Assembly (NCBI GenBank): GCA_964016885.1
Contig: OZ024740.1
Location: forward strand, 108,066,001 to 108,130,000
DNA from: Eledone cirrhosa
Taxonomy: Eukaryota
Direction of reading: 5' to 3'
DNA length: 64,000 bases
The notes beneath the pieces were generated by a model. The model was given only the letters and a program-made list of their open reading frames with translations. It made no database searches and was not told where the DNA came from. The stretch's first letter is position 1. Each line of letters begins with the position of its first letter. Of the stretch, positions 29,041 to 41,385 are shown one piece after another. The translations under genes were made by a program, and so were the position numbers.

Positions 29041-29499
29041 GTCTACCATTTTGGTTCATTTTTCTAAAGACAGCTAAGGAGTAGGGATCAGGTGGTAGTG
29101 TTAAACTGGGTGATGGATGAATTCAACCACTTCATGTAAATATTCCCTATTTGTTGCCTTAAAAGAAAACCTGTAAACACAGGATATTATGGATTTAAAT
29201 GAAGAACTTCCTGACACTTGTTTTTATATTCTTTTTTTTTTTTCTGGCTTCAGTCATTTGACTGTAGCTATGCTGTGGTATTATTTTAACACTTTTGATA
29301 CTAAGTCACATGAAACTACACCTGGTTTTATGATAGAAAGCTGTTTGTTTTAAATTGTTTATGTTTATCTAAAATGATTCGTTGTTCCAAACAACAGTTT
29401 AATGAAAAAATTAGTTATTTTGGTAACCAAGGAGAAATTAATCATTTTGCTGAATCGATCCAAATTCTTGATTATTTCCAAAATTATTTGAAAATTATA

Positions 29500-30195
29500 A
29501 TAATAATAATAATGAAATTATTGTGTACAGTGCTCAGATGCACTATAACTCATTAAAGGTGCACGTATAGTACATAGAATAATGTACAAATATCAGGAAA
29601 GTGAACAGTGTATGAGTTATGATAGACATATGTGCGTGTGTATGGAGGGAGGCTATCAGGTGTAATGTTGGCAAATTATAGGCAGTGTTTTTCATTGGAA
29701 AGGGTTAAAGGGATTTGGTAGATGATATCAAACCCAGCACTTATCTGTTATAGTCTGGTACTTATTTTATAAATCTCTTTTTGTTGAACCACTAATTTAT
29801 GGGACATAAACACAGACTCAGATACAAATGTAAACACACACGCACACACACAATGGGCTTCGGGCTTCTGAAGTTTCTGTCTCCCAAATTTCATTCATGG
29901 CATTGGTCGATCCAAGGTTATAATAATAATAATGAAATCATTGTGTTCAGTGCTCAGGTGCACTACAACTCATTAAAGGTGCATGTATAGTACATAGAAT
30001 AATGTACAAAAGTCAGGAAAGTGAACAGTGTATGAGTCATAATGTACACTCACAAACACATGTGTTCATGTGTACGGAGGAGGAATATCAGGTGTAGTGT
30101 TGGCGAATTTCGGGAAACATGGAAGTTTTGAAGGATGCAGTATCCCGGCAGCTAACAACGGATGCAGGTTGTTTGTTCCATGCTTCAACAATGTT
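29500..30195 (-). mobile_element. Two CR1-like LINE 3' ends (about 29500-29690 and 29922-30195) with (TTA)n tails
   Basis: Two near-identical segments; minus translation VEAWNKQPASVVSCRDTASFK resembles the CR1 ORF2 end. Confidence 0.65.
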
Positions 30196-30271
30196 CCCAT
30201 TAGTTAATGTAAAAAAATGTAATTATTTAGAAAATATACAATTCATAAATGCCCTCTGCATGAAAAATAAT

Positions 30272-30454
30272 TGTTTCTACTTTTTGGCACAAGGCCAGCA
30301 ATTACCCAGTGCATTATTGGTACTTTATTTTATCGACCCCCGTAAGGTTGAAAGGCAAAGTTAACCTCGGCGGGATTCGAACTCAGAATGGCAAGGGCCG
30401 TAACTCTATGCGTCAAAGCATAGCGTCCGACTCTCTACCGATATTGCCAATCCA
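30272..30454 (-). mobile_element. Young SINE with ~20-bp target-site duplication
   Basis: ccctctgcatgaaaaataat at 30252-30271 and 30455-30474. Confidence 0.9.
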
Positions 30455-31934
30455 CCCTCTGCATGAAAAATAATAGTTTAAGTTAGTGTCAATATATTTA
30501 TTGAAATATTTACCTCCCGTAGTTAATGAAATAAGTAAAACAATACTAGTTATTGACTAATATTGTTTTGTTTTGTTTGTTTGTTTTTTACCACCTCGAA
30601 TAATCATTTTTAGTTAGCTATTAAATGTTGCATGCTGTAAATTATCGTATCATCAAGTCAACTATTGTTTTAAATTTGAACGTTCGTATCCAAATTACTC
30701 AAAACCTCGTTAATCGGTCAAGGGAGATAACTGTGTAACCATTTAAAATCTATTGTAAGGGAGAAAACTCCTTTGTGCGAAATAATATTTTTGCAATTTC
30801 AAACAAGACTTCGAAGTATTTCTAGTTATAGATAAATAGTCCACATCCCGACCCCGAACATCATGTTTTTCCCCGACTCCATTTTCTAAAAAAAAAATCC
30901 GAACACTTTCAGTTATCTTTATTTTGAGCACTACAAGAAACATACGCTGCATTCACATAATTTCTTTCCGTTTAAAATTTTTATGTTCAGTTTTTTTTCT
31001 AATGTTCACATATCAAACCAACGATTGCTGTAAAGTAAAAAGTAACGTATTTCTCAAACCTGAAATTTAACAAACGGATAATCACCATCATCATTTTTAC
31101 GTCCATACTTGCAAAGGTTAGACGATTCTTTTCCAATACAGCCTATTTCGTCTTGTCTCTTTTCTTTGTAAGGTTCAACGTTCACAGACAAGCCCTCACC
31201 CAGGTCTTCCTATTCTGTAGTTTCTTTCCATTTAAAAATCATGGCACCTAACACGACGATCATCATCAATACGCATCAAGTGCCTGTACCGTCACAATCT
31301 TCTCTCCTACACACTACATAGGATTCTTTCAAATCACCTGTGCTGTATCATTCATGTTCCAACAGAAAATTGTATTTAAAAACATAGTAATAGTAATATG
31401 TGAGCTGACTAAATATTTAATACCAAATAAAAACCATGAAATTGTGAGTATTTCTAGAGATGTGGACTCAATACAAGTTAAACCTTTTAAATTTGGCAAG
31501 CTTAGGGCCAAGCCATTGCCCAACCATCAAATATTACAGAAACTGCCCCTTGGAAGAAGGCCCTATGGTCAACATAATCTTGCCATTACATTCCACATAT
31601 ATATTGATGTCTTATAAAAGTTAGAATAAAGCTTAAAATAAGGAATAGTACAACTGATATAGGTTCCAAACAAGGTTTTTGTCTAACATAATATAAAGTC
31701 TTTTCTTTTTTAAATCTATCGACAAGATCAGACCTCATTTGCTTACTGAGTGAAGTGGAACTCATCAAATTGGATCAAGGAAACAATGTTTCCATTACTG
31801 ATACCATCTACCAGTCACAACTCCTGGCAGAAAGTGCAGTTTGAAATAAAGTGTCTTGCTCAAGAGCATTCGAACTTGTAACCTGACGATTGCGAATCCA
31901 ACTCTCAGACCATTAAGTCATGTACCTTCACATA

Positions 31935-33040
31935 TCTCCTTATAATATATAACCAGCAATTTCTCTGTCTGTCTGTCCGACAGTGGAAACACGTGCGCGC
32001 GTGCGAATGTTTTTTGCGCACGTGTAGAGAGAGAGTGAGAGAGTGAGAGTGAAAGAAAGAGACAGACTACAAGAGGGGGAGAGAGGGGGGAATTGAGGAG
32101 TGCTACAGAAACATATATACATTTCTGTGTGTGTGTAATATATATATATATACACACACAGAAATATATATATATACACACAGAAATATATATACATTTC
32201 TGTGTGTGTAATATATATATATATATATATACACAGAAATATATATACATTTCTGTGTGTGTAATATATATATATACACACACAGAAATATATATACATT
32301 TCTGTGTGTGTAATATATATATATATATTTCTGTGTGTAAATATATATATATTACACACACAGAAATGTATATATATATACACACAGAAATATATATACA
32401 TCCCTTAGCTACTGTACTGTATCTGTTGCTATCTCTCTCTCTCTCTCCAGCTATCCCTCTCTTTTAGTCTGTCTGTTTCTCTCACTCTCACTCTTTCTCT
32501 TTGTAACACACTAACATTCCTCCCCTCTATCGCTGTGACGAATGGGGAGATGGAGGAGGAGGAGGAGGAGGAGAGAGTCACTTCGTCACTTCACCTCTGC
32601 CTTTCTTTCTATCCCCTCTCACTCCCTCATTACGTACAGGCATTAGGGCGGTGGATTGGCAGAATCTGTAGAGAGTCGGACACCATGCTTCATAGCATAG
32701 AGTTACGTCCCTTTACGGTCTGAGTTCAAATACCGCCGAGGTTAACTTTGCCTTTCATCCTCACGGGGTCGATAAAATAAAGTACCAGTAATGTACTGGG
32801 TATTTGCTGGCCTTGTGCCAAAAGTAGAAACAATTATTAGAAACATTGCTTCATTTTTACATATCTAAGCATTAATAAAATAACTAATAATTTCAAAAGT
32901 AATTTTTCAATTCCAATTGTTATGAACAGCAAAACATTAATAATAATTTTGTTCTAAGAAATATATATACATTTCTGTGTGTGTAATATATATATATATA
33001 TATATACACACAGAGAAATATATATACATTTCTGTGTGTG

Positions 33041-33093
<53 letters not shown>

Positions 33094-33111
33094 TAAATAT
33101 ATGGGCATTTC

Positions 33112-33145
<34 letters not shown>

Positions 33146-33860
33146 CTTCCCTAAAACTCAAATGTAGGTGCTACAGAAATATTACCTTCCCCTTCCTTTC
33201 TCCACTTTGGTACTACCAAGAGAAACACTGTCGCTATAGAAACATTACCTTCCCCTCTCCACTGACTTTGGTCACTGAGGTCGAGGGAATCGCTGGTTGC
33301 TATAGAGACACCTTGCACAAGCCAGAAGTAACCAGTTCGAGGCTTTCTGACTTGACACCATGCCAAGGACCATTTGAAGATATATTTCCATCGTTATATC
33401 ATAACGTTTATGTATCATAACGTTTATATTTCCGTCACTAATCTCTTTTTCTCCTTTTTCGTTTTAACATATATTTATTTCAAAGATTTCACCATATAGA
33501 TAACATATATATTTATACATGCATAAAAGACACACCGAGAGACGGTGAACATGTGGTGCCGAAAACATTTCTCATCCAAATCTCAACAATATCAGTATAT
33601 ACACTAGATTTGCTAGCAGAAAACCTCCCACCGGGTGGTTTTCTGCTAGTCTACTTATATATATAAGCAGCAATTTCTCTGTCTGTCTGTCCGACAGTGG
33701 AAACACGTGCGTAGAGAAAGAGTGAGAGTGAAAGAAAGTGACAGACTACGAGAGGGGGATAGCGGGGGGGGTGAATAGACGCTAAAACACGTGCTACAGA
33801 AACATTACCTTCCCCTCTCCACTGACTTTGGTCACTGAGGCCGAGGGAATCGCGCTGAGC
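31935..33860 (+). mobile_element. Non-autonomous Helitron-like elements (two related starts at about 31935 and 33650), with a SINE at 32646-32840
   Basis: Shared 5' region tatatataa.cagcaatttctct(gtct)n.ccgacagtggaaacacgtgc; TC start at 33650 right after a hairpin+CTAG. Confidence 0.55.
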
Positions 33861-33861
33861 G

Positions 33862-34483
33862 CGTCATAATGACGTAATGCAGACAGCCAGACATACAGAC
33901 AGATATTATAAGGGCGCAACGTTATATCTATGTATCTATCTAAAAAGAAAGACTAAGAATTATATAGAGAGAACGCTAAATCGCCTAATGCAGTCCCGAG
34001 GGCATTGAAATAATTTTTGCTCAAAACACTCACAGGACCATAAGTATTACATGTCTAAAGTTTGAAAACAATCGGTTGGATGGTTCTCAAGTTTAAGTGA
34101 GCTGACAGACAGACAGACATTCTCTGTTTTAGATATATAGACTGGCAGAACCCCCCCCCCCCCGAGGGTGGTTTTCTGCTAGTCTATATATCTAAAACAG
34201 AGACTGTCTGCCTGTCTGTCTGACTCCCTAAAACTCGAGAACCACCTTATCGATTGTTTTCAAACTTTACACATGAAATACTTATGGTCCGGTGAATGTT
34301 TTGAGAAAAAATATTTCAAATTTTCCATGCCCTAGGGACCGGATTACGCGATTTAGCGATCTCTCTCTATAATTCTTAGTCTTTCATTTTAGATATCTGT
34401 CTGTATGTCTGGCTGTCTGGCTGTCTGCATTATGGCATTATGACGTCGCTGTGTGTGTGTGTGTGTATATATATGTATATATA

Positions 34484-34514
<31 letters not shown>

Positions 34515-34621
34515 GTGTGTAACGTTTTTCGAAATATTTACTTCTGTGTTCACAGATTGATTTTTTTAGTTTCAGAAGGGTGAAAGCAGCGATTATTTGC
34601 TTAAACTTTAATCTGTTATTT

Positions 34622-34686
<65 letters not shown>

Positions 34687-34941
34687 TATATTCGTGTACA
34701 GGTATTTTTTCATGCACAATAACAAAATATAAACAAAAGTATTTATTTCGCAATAAAGTATTGATTTTCTTTGCACAAAAAAACCCCTGGTAATCTATGA
34801 CGAATTTGTTTTATAAGCACAAAATGTAGACACCATCCCGTGCCGGGGTATTCTGTACTTCTCTGTACTGTTTCAGAAAGGAGGGATAAACATGCCAATC
34901 TATGTTTAGAATCCCGAGCAACGCCGGGCCATTCTGCTCGT
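33862..34941. mobile_element. Head-to-head Helitron-like pair: inverted partial copy (33862-34142) and full copy (34183-34941)
   Basis: 5' TCTATATATCTAAAACAGAGA..(TGTC)n on both arms; 3' hairpin CCCG-agcaacgc-CGGG then CTCGT (decayed CTAG-T) at 34913-34941. Confidence 0.7.
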
Positions 34942-35689
34942 AAAGTCTAAAACAATAAATAGTATAATGAAGATGACAGTATTACTAGTTTTGTAGTTTA
35001 GTATGACTAACAACACGGCTAGCCCTGCTAGCAAATCAACAATCTATAGTAGCAGCAAATTCCAAATCAGCTGGACCATGGTAATTGCCAGATCATGGAG
35101 TTTTGATTGTAAGAAGGTCAGCTATATCACGAGGGTCTCATTATACTCAATGCCAGACTAACCAAGTAGTAAGAGTAATATTTGCTAAAGACCCTGCATT
35201 TTCAGGGGCTCCACACTGAGTACTTTATACTGTAGTACTAAGCCTTTAACCTTCATTATTTCAAGCCCCTTTATAGTAGATATCACAGGCCACACACTAA
35301 CTTAATTTTACCCTGTTTGAATACTTTAAACCCGATTAACATAAAACCTATTGATACACACATAATGCAAGTGATCAGCAGTAGCTCTTCACACACAGAG
35401 ACCAGCTGTAGCTCTCTTCACGCATGCAGCCCAACAGTAGCTCTTCTTACCCCTATATGTATTGTTTCTGAGGAAGACAGTGTGATGGATCTATGATATC
35501 AAGACTAGAAATAAGTAGTGACATAACCACTACCCGCTAGTCAATATATCGATTTAGCGTGATCAATCAACCCTCTGAAACGATTGTAAAACAATGAACT
35601 AATTAAGAACCTATCTTCGACTTTTGTTTTATTTTCATTGTTCAACACACGCACGCACAAACACAGATACATATATATATATATATAAA

Positions 35690-36184
35690 TAATTGAATAT
35701 AAAAGAGAGATAAACACAGATATATACATATATGTGTTCAAATTCGCTAGAGCGAAAAAAATACTAACTATGAACAATATGGTTTGCCAGACTCAATTTA
35801 AAAGAATAAATCAAGAAAATAAATACAAACCGATATTGGGGCAATTGCCAGACACCCAGACAGCTTTTGGTGATGCTGTTTCGCAATTTTACTGAAGAGA
35901 ATTACCAATTCTTTTGCTCATCAGTGGGTGTAAAACCTTCACTTCTAAAGAAAATTTTTTCGTGCCGTGTAATATAATTGAATATAAAAGAGAGATAAAC
36001 ACAAATATATACATATATGTATTCAAATCATAAGGGACCTATATCGGTTTGTATTTCTTTTCTTCATCTATTATTTTAAATTGAGTCTGGCAAACCATAT
36101 TGTTCATAGTTAGTATTTTTTTCACCCTAGCGAATCTGGTCCCTTACGAGTTGAACACATATGTTTATATCTGTGTTTATCTCT
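35690..36184 (-). mobile_element. Retrozyme-like non-coding retroelement: ~1.2 tandem units plus inverted partial copy
   Basis: Direct repeat aattgaatataaaagagagataaacac at 35691 and 35976; 36041-36184 is the reverse complement of about 35706-35836; contains the hammerhead; no credible ORF. Confidence 0.7.
35852..35931 (-). ncRNA. Type I hammerhead ribozyme, canonical core
   Basis: Minus strand: stem I ACACCCA, CUGAUGA, stem II GCAA...UUGC, GAAA, stem III CAGC-aucaccaaaa-GCUG, U-C (GUC site), stem I' UGGGUGU. Confidence 0.92.
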
Positions 36185-37920
36185 GCGCAGAGGAGATATT
36201 CTTTATACTAAAATCTAAAAATTCCCTTAACCTACGGACAAATTTATTCAGTTGTTGCAAACATAGATTAAACTCAACGTTTAAATATAAATTTAAATTT
36301 AAAATGTAGTATATTTAGTTTGATTTATATTTATATGGGAAACTAGCCGATAAATTTTTTGATTCCTAAATCTTTGATTCCCTCTTTTTACTCTTTTTTT
36401 ATTGTTTATTTTTATTTTATTTTTATCTAAACATTCCTCATGAAAAATTAAGCTACCCTAAAAGCTGATGCTCCAAATTTTTTGAATTAACCTTACACTA
36501 GATAAACTTCTATATTAAATATAAGAACATATGTAGACCTAATTGGACATCATAATCTTTTTGAAATGATCTTTGCTAGATGTGATTTGATAGATAATTT
36601 TTGGCTTTGTCTTGTAATGAACTTGGCAATATATTGTCAATTAACTTTGAAGGGTTGTTCTTTGTGGTTTATTTTTATTTATTTTTATTTTTATTTTTAT
36701 TTTTATTTTTATTTTTTATTATTGTAGTATTCTATAATATTTTTTATTTTTTATTTTTTATTTTATTTTTAATATCTTTAATATGTAAATCTTTAATACG
36801 TAATATTTTTTAATACGTAGTATTTTTAATATGTAATATTTTTATTATGTAATATTCTTTCGTAATATTTTTTTTAGTTTTCTATTCTATATTTTTACTT
36901 ATTATTATTATTGTTATCTTTTTATTTTTAGTTTTGTTTATAATATATATTTTTATTAGTATATTGAAATCTGCTCTCTATTTCTGCTTGATAGATAATC
37001 TTGTAGAGTAATGACCGGAATAATAATACGCTCAAATTTTTATACCACATTGAGAATGTTTTCCGTGAACTTAGAGTTTGCAGAGTGAATCAGTTGGATT
37101 CGCATGGATGTTTGTAGCTGTCACATAAACATATGAATTTTTTAAAACTAAACATAAGATAATTAATTTTCACACATTATGGATACTTGTCTCATTCAGG
37201 AATACTGATATTTACAATATAGTGTAAGTTTTATAAATACTAATACATTAAAACATAGGGTTTTTGCGCCTCGAATATGTCTGGCTATTTTTAAATTTTT
37301 TTCTCTCGCTATTTTTTCCTCTCTCTATATTTTCTTCTCTCTATATATCTCCCTTACATTAATACCTGAGCTAAATAAATAAATAAATAAATAAATGTAT
37401 CATTGATACATTTACTCAAAATGACCTCCCACTACCTAATTTTCTATATATATATATGTATCTATCTCTATTTCCTCTCTCTATATATATATATATGTCT
37501 CTTTCTGTTTCTTTACATGAAGTTCTTCGCTTTATCTATCTTTCCATCTCTCTATTTTGTTCCATGCATTTCTTCTTTTTCTTTTTCTTCTTTTTCTTCC
37601 TTTTCTTCGTTTTGTCTTTCTTTCTTTTTTCTCCCTTTCTTTCTCTCTGTATAAAATTTTTTCACTGCCAGCGTAAACCTCTTCAAATGAAGTCGGTGTT
37701 GTTACGGTATGTCGAATCTATTTATCTATAAAACTGTTTATATTGTATTTTGTCTGATGAAGGCATAGCATATTGTTAATATGATATCCCCGAAATATAT
37801 ATAATGAAATAAATATGGTTTTATAAATATAGTTTTCCATTTATTTAATATTGTAAATATACTCCAAATATTTGTCGAGTGCTTTTATATCAGTTATAAA
37901 TATTTACTAGTTGTAACCCA
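36181..37920 (+). mobile_element. 3' fragment of a PLE: end of GIY-YIG ORF, long AT-rich 3' region, hammerhead-like motif at 37750-37805
   Basis: LCAEEIFFILKSKNSLNLRTNLFSCCKHR resembles the PLE endonuclease C-terminus (LC..EK..I....LN.R.E....C.H); CTGATGA...long stem...GAAA-tata-ta, then AATAAA, then (TA)n. Confidence 0.7.
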
Positions 37921-37945
37921 ACAATTTTAAATATAACTTTACATG

Positions 37946-38089
<144 letters not shown>

Positions 38090-38131
38090 AAAGAACACAA
38101 GAGCGTCTACAACATCAAAAGATTTTTATTG

Positions 38132-38176
38132 GCTTACAATGTTTCTTCCTTACGTAACCGTAGGATTCGTCAGAGC
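38132..38176 (-). ncRNA. Minimal type I hammerhead ribozyme in a PLE pseudo-LTR remnant (about 38090-38735)
   Basis: GCU-CUGACGA-aUCCUACG-guua-CGUaAGGAa-GAAA-CauuG-U-A-AGC, then AATAAA; downstream cttttgatgt shared with the 57805 copy. Confidence 0.8.
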
Positions 38177-38736
38177 TATAAAAGGGGTTTGATTGGTGTT
38201 ATGGACTCTACCAACCAAACATTCAAGAACAAAGAGTAAAGAGAGTAAAGAGCAAAAGTAGGGGACGATAAGTCTAATTTTGGTGCGGGAGGATGGGGTG
38301 TGGGTCCTTGTTTACTAGCTGCGGTCATATTCATTCCCGGGAGTCGAGTGGTTAGCTGAACCATAGATGGGGTGGCGTCGATAGTATGGTGCAGAGGGTG
38401 TGCAGAGGCTACACAAACACAAAGGGCATACAATATATATATATATATAACGGAGGAGAAAGTACATGAGGTAATTAGAAATGGAAAAAGAGTAATAATA
38501 ATAATCTATAATTAATCATGTATAATAAGGCATGGGGAAGATTACACTATAATAAGGTATAAAAGTAAGAATAAGGTAAAATATAAAGGAGGATAAAAGT
38601 GGAAATAATAAAGATAAAAAATATATATGTAAAAAAATATATAGAGAATATATAAAGAAATATAAGCGAATATTTGGAGGGGAAAACACAATGTAAAAAA
38701 ACCGATTTTTTCAAATAAAAATAAAAATATTATTTT

Positions 38737-40010
38737 TAACGTCCATATTCCACGCTTGCATGGGTTTGGACGGGAGTTTTCCCACTTGAGGCAAGAGTGG
38801 TTGTCTTGCTCGCATAGGACTGTCTGGCGGGTTTTCTACAGCTGGATGCCCTTCCTAACACCAACCACATTTACAGTGTGGGGCTGGGAGGTTTTTACCG
38901 TGTTGCCTACACGGCCACATTACAGCGTGGACTGTGTGTTTTTTTGTCGTGACACCTACACGATCTCATTTGTTTCGGCCTGGATGTTGTGGCACCAACA
39001 TAACTTTACATTGAAAGGGGCGGTGTGGATGGGGGGGGGGTGTATTTTGTTAGAGGTGCCCACTGACTGTAGTAGGTTTTACTTTGTATTTAGGTAAGAC
39101 GGGTCTTCTCTATTACTGTGTAGCGCCAAAGATCTCGGTCCAGTGACATTGTCTTGGAGAGGTGTAAGTGTGTGAGATCGGAATTTATCAAGTCGTCCCA
39201 GGTTTTTCTGGGTCTGCCTACTCCGTGGCTAATTTTTATTGCCCTGCACTTTTTTATACAGCTGTCGTCTTTCATGCGTATCACATGACCATACCAACGT
39301 AACCTTCTCTCGAGTAAAGAACATCTGATCCCTCTTATTTCTAATTGTTCCCTTAGTTCGTTTATGCTTTGCCGTTCACGTATATTACTATTACACATCC
39401 AGCGGAGCATGCAAGCTTCGTTCCTCTCTAGTCTACGTATATCCTCTGCTCACAATGCCCAGGTCTCACTGCCATGCAACATTGCTGTTCGTATGCAAGC
39501 ATCATACAGCCTGCCTTTCATTTTTAGGGAGAACCCTTTAGCGGCTAATAGTGGTATAAGCTCTCTGAACTTTTTCCATCCAGTTCTGAGGGAAGACCCG
39601 CCTTACCTGAAATACAAAGTAAAACCTACTACAGTCAGTAGGCATCTCTAACAAAACACACCCCCGTCCCACCATCCCCACCCCATCCACACCGCCCCTT
39701 TCGATGTAAAGTTATGTTGGTGCCACAACATCCAGGCCGAAACAAATGAGATCGTGTAGGTGTCACGACAAAAAAAAAAAAAATACACAGTCCACGCTGT
39801 AATGTGGCCGTGTAGGCAACACGGTAAAAACCTCCCAGCCCCACACTGTAAATGTGGTTGGTGTTAGGAAGGGCATCCAGCTGTAGAAAACCCGCCAGAC
39901 AGTCCTATGCGAGCAAGACAACCACTCTTGCCTCAAGTGGGAAAACTCCCGTCCAAACCCATGCAAGCGTGGAACATGGACGTTAAACGATGATGATGAT
40001 GATGATGATG
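38737..40010. mobile_element. RTE LINE 3' fragments in head-to-head inverted arrangement (38737-39588 minus; 39592-40010 plus)
   Basis: MLRWMC...RRLRWYGHV..RPRKTW on minus; the plus copy repeats the same 3'UTR and ends in (GAT)n. Confidence 0.88.
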
Positions 40011-40108
40011 ATATACAAATATATATATATAACGTACGAAATGTGGTAAGGAACTAGGTGGACCATAACGCACCAAAGTACTCAATACTTAGGGTAGTAG
40101 AGTGGGTA

Positions 40109-40229
40109 ATAGGAACGAGTAGGACCCCGACGGCTGAGCTCAAGCCGTTTCGACGGCTAATTCTAATTCGTCCAGAATTAGCCGTCGAAATGGCTTGAGC
40201 TCAGCCGTCGGGGTCCTACTCGTTCCTAT
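40109..40229. repeat. 56-bp-arm fold-back; truncated PLE pseudo-LTR containing the 3' half of a hammerhead
   Basis: Arms 40109-40164 / 40174-40229, one mismatch, 9-nt loop; contains GAAA-CGGC..GCCG-UC-GGGGUCC. Confidence 0.8.
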
Positions 40230-40240
40230 ATATATATATA

Positions 40241-41385
40241 TATATTAATAAGAGGAATTCCAACTTTGTCTGATTTACTCGTTTTATTTACAATCCTTTA
40301 AAATATATATAATATGGTATTATAATGAAATAGTATGATAGAATATTAAATTCTAAGTGTTAATTGAACAAGTACTTTCATGCTTTCGCAATCTTCAGGT
40401 TCATGATATGTGGTGACAGTCGAGTTTGCAATTTTCAACTGTAATGAGATGGGTAAATTTACTACCTTTTATACATTTTATACAGAGAAAAGTGGCTCCA
40501 GAATGCAAAGCCCTGTAAACTGTATTTCGACCAATCAGTGTGTAGTTTCACTGAATTACTACAGCTGATTGGTTTAAGCGTCACGGCTGGTTGAGCATGT
40601 TAACGACCAATAGTCATACCCAACGTATCAATTGTTTTGCTTTTTGAAATGATGAAAATAGCATTTTCTATTAATCATCACCATCAACATCACTTTTATT
40701 ATTATTATTATTGTTGTTGTTGTTGTTGTTGTTGTTAGTGGTCGTGGTCATAGTGGTAGTAGAAGTAATACCCCTAGGCGTTATTATTGTTCATTTAGCT
40801 TGGGTTTGAATTTATCAATAAAATTCTTTTCTTTGATTTTTCTCTTGATTTCACTTGGGCTGTGTAATTTGTAGAATGGGAATATTATAAATATTCCCTG
40901 ACCACATGTTGCCAGGTGGCCGCCTCGGGGTATCTGACGGACATTTGGGTCTCTGATTTGTTGACGGTGTACCCGTGCACGTTCCGATAGTGCATTTCCA
41001 GTTTGACCGACATATAGTTCTTCACAATTCGGGCATTTAATGCAGTAAATTAGATTTCTGCTTTTGCAGTTCATATTTGCATTTGGGAATATTTTTCCAG
41101 TTTTTGTTTTCATATATTGACCGGCGTGTATGGATTGACATGTGCCGCATCGATTATCATTGCATTTAGATACAGTGAATGATTGGTCTTTGTTGTTAAG
41201 ATCAAACTTTGCTTTTGTTAGCAATTGCTTCAAATTTTTTGGCTGTCTTTTACTAAGAGTCAAAGATCGATCTGTGATTAAGCCTTTTAATTCATTACTT
41301 TGAGCAATGATCGGTAGGTTTGCTTTGGCAGTGTTGAATATATTCTGGTGACATGGGTTGTGTGTCATTATAAATGGTATGACCA
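40241..41385 (-). mobile_element. Inverted 5' pseudo-LTR of PLE-1 (copy of 44046-45190, includes GIY-YIG domain)
   Basis: Identical EN peptide; position x maps to 85431-x; I noticed only two substitutions in 1145 bp. Confidence 0.95.
40365..40403 (-). ncRNA. Second copy of the PLE-1 minimal hammerhead, in the inverted pLTR
   Basis: Exact reverse complement of 45028-45066. Confidence 0.85.

Noticed and set aside
35892-35912. CTGAAGA plus hairpin on the plus strand as a second, opposite-polarity hammerhead
   Set aside because: No GAAA after the stem and no stem I/III partners; it is just the complement of the minus-strand stem II insert.
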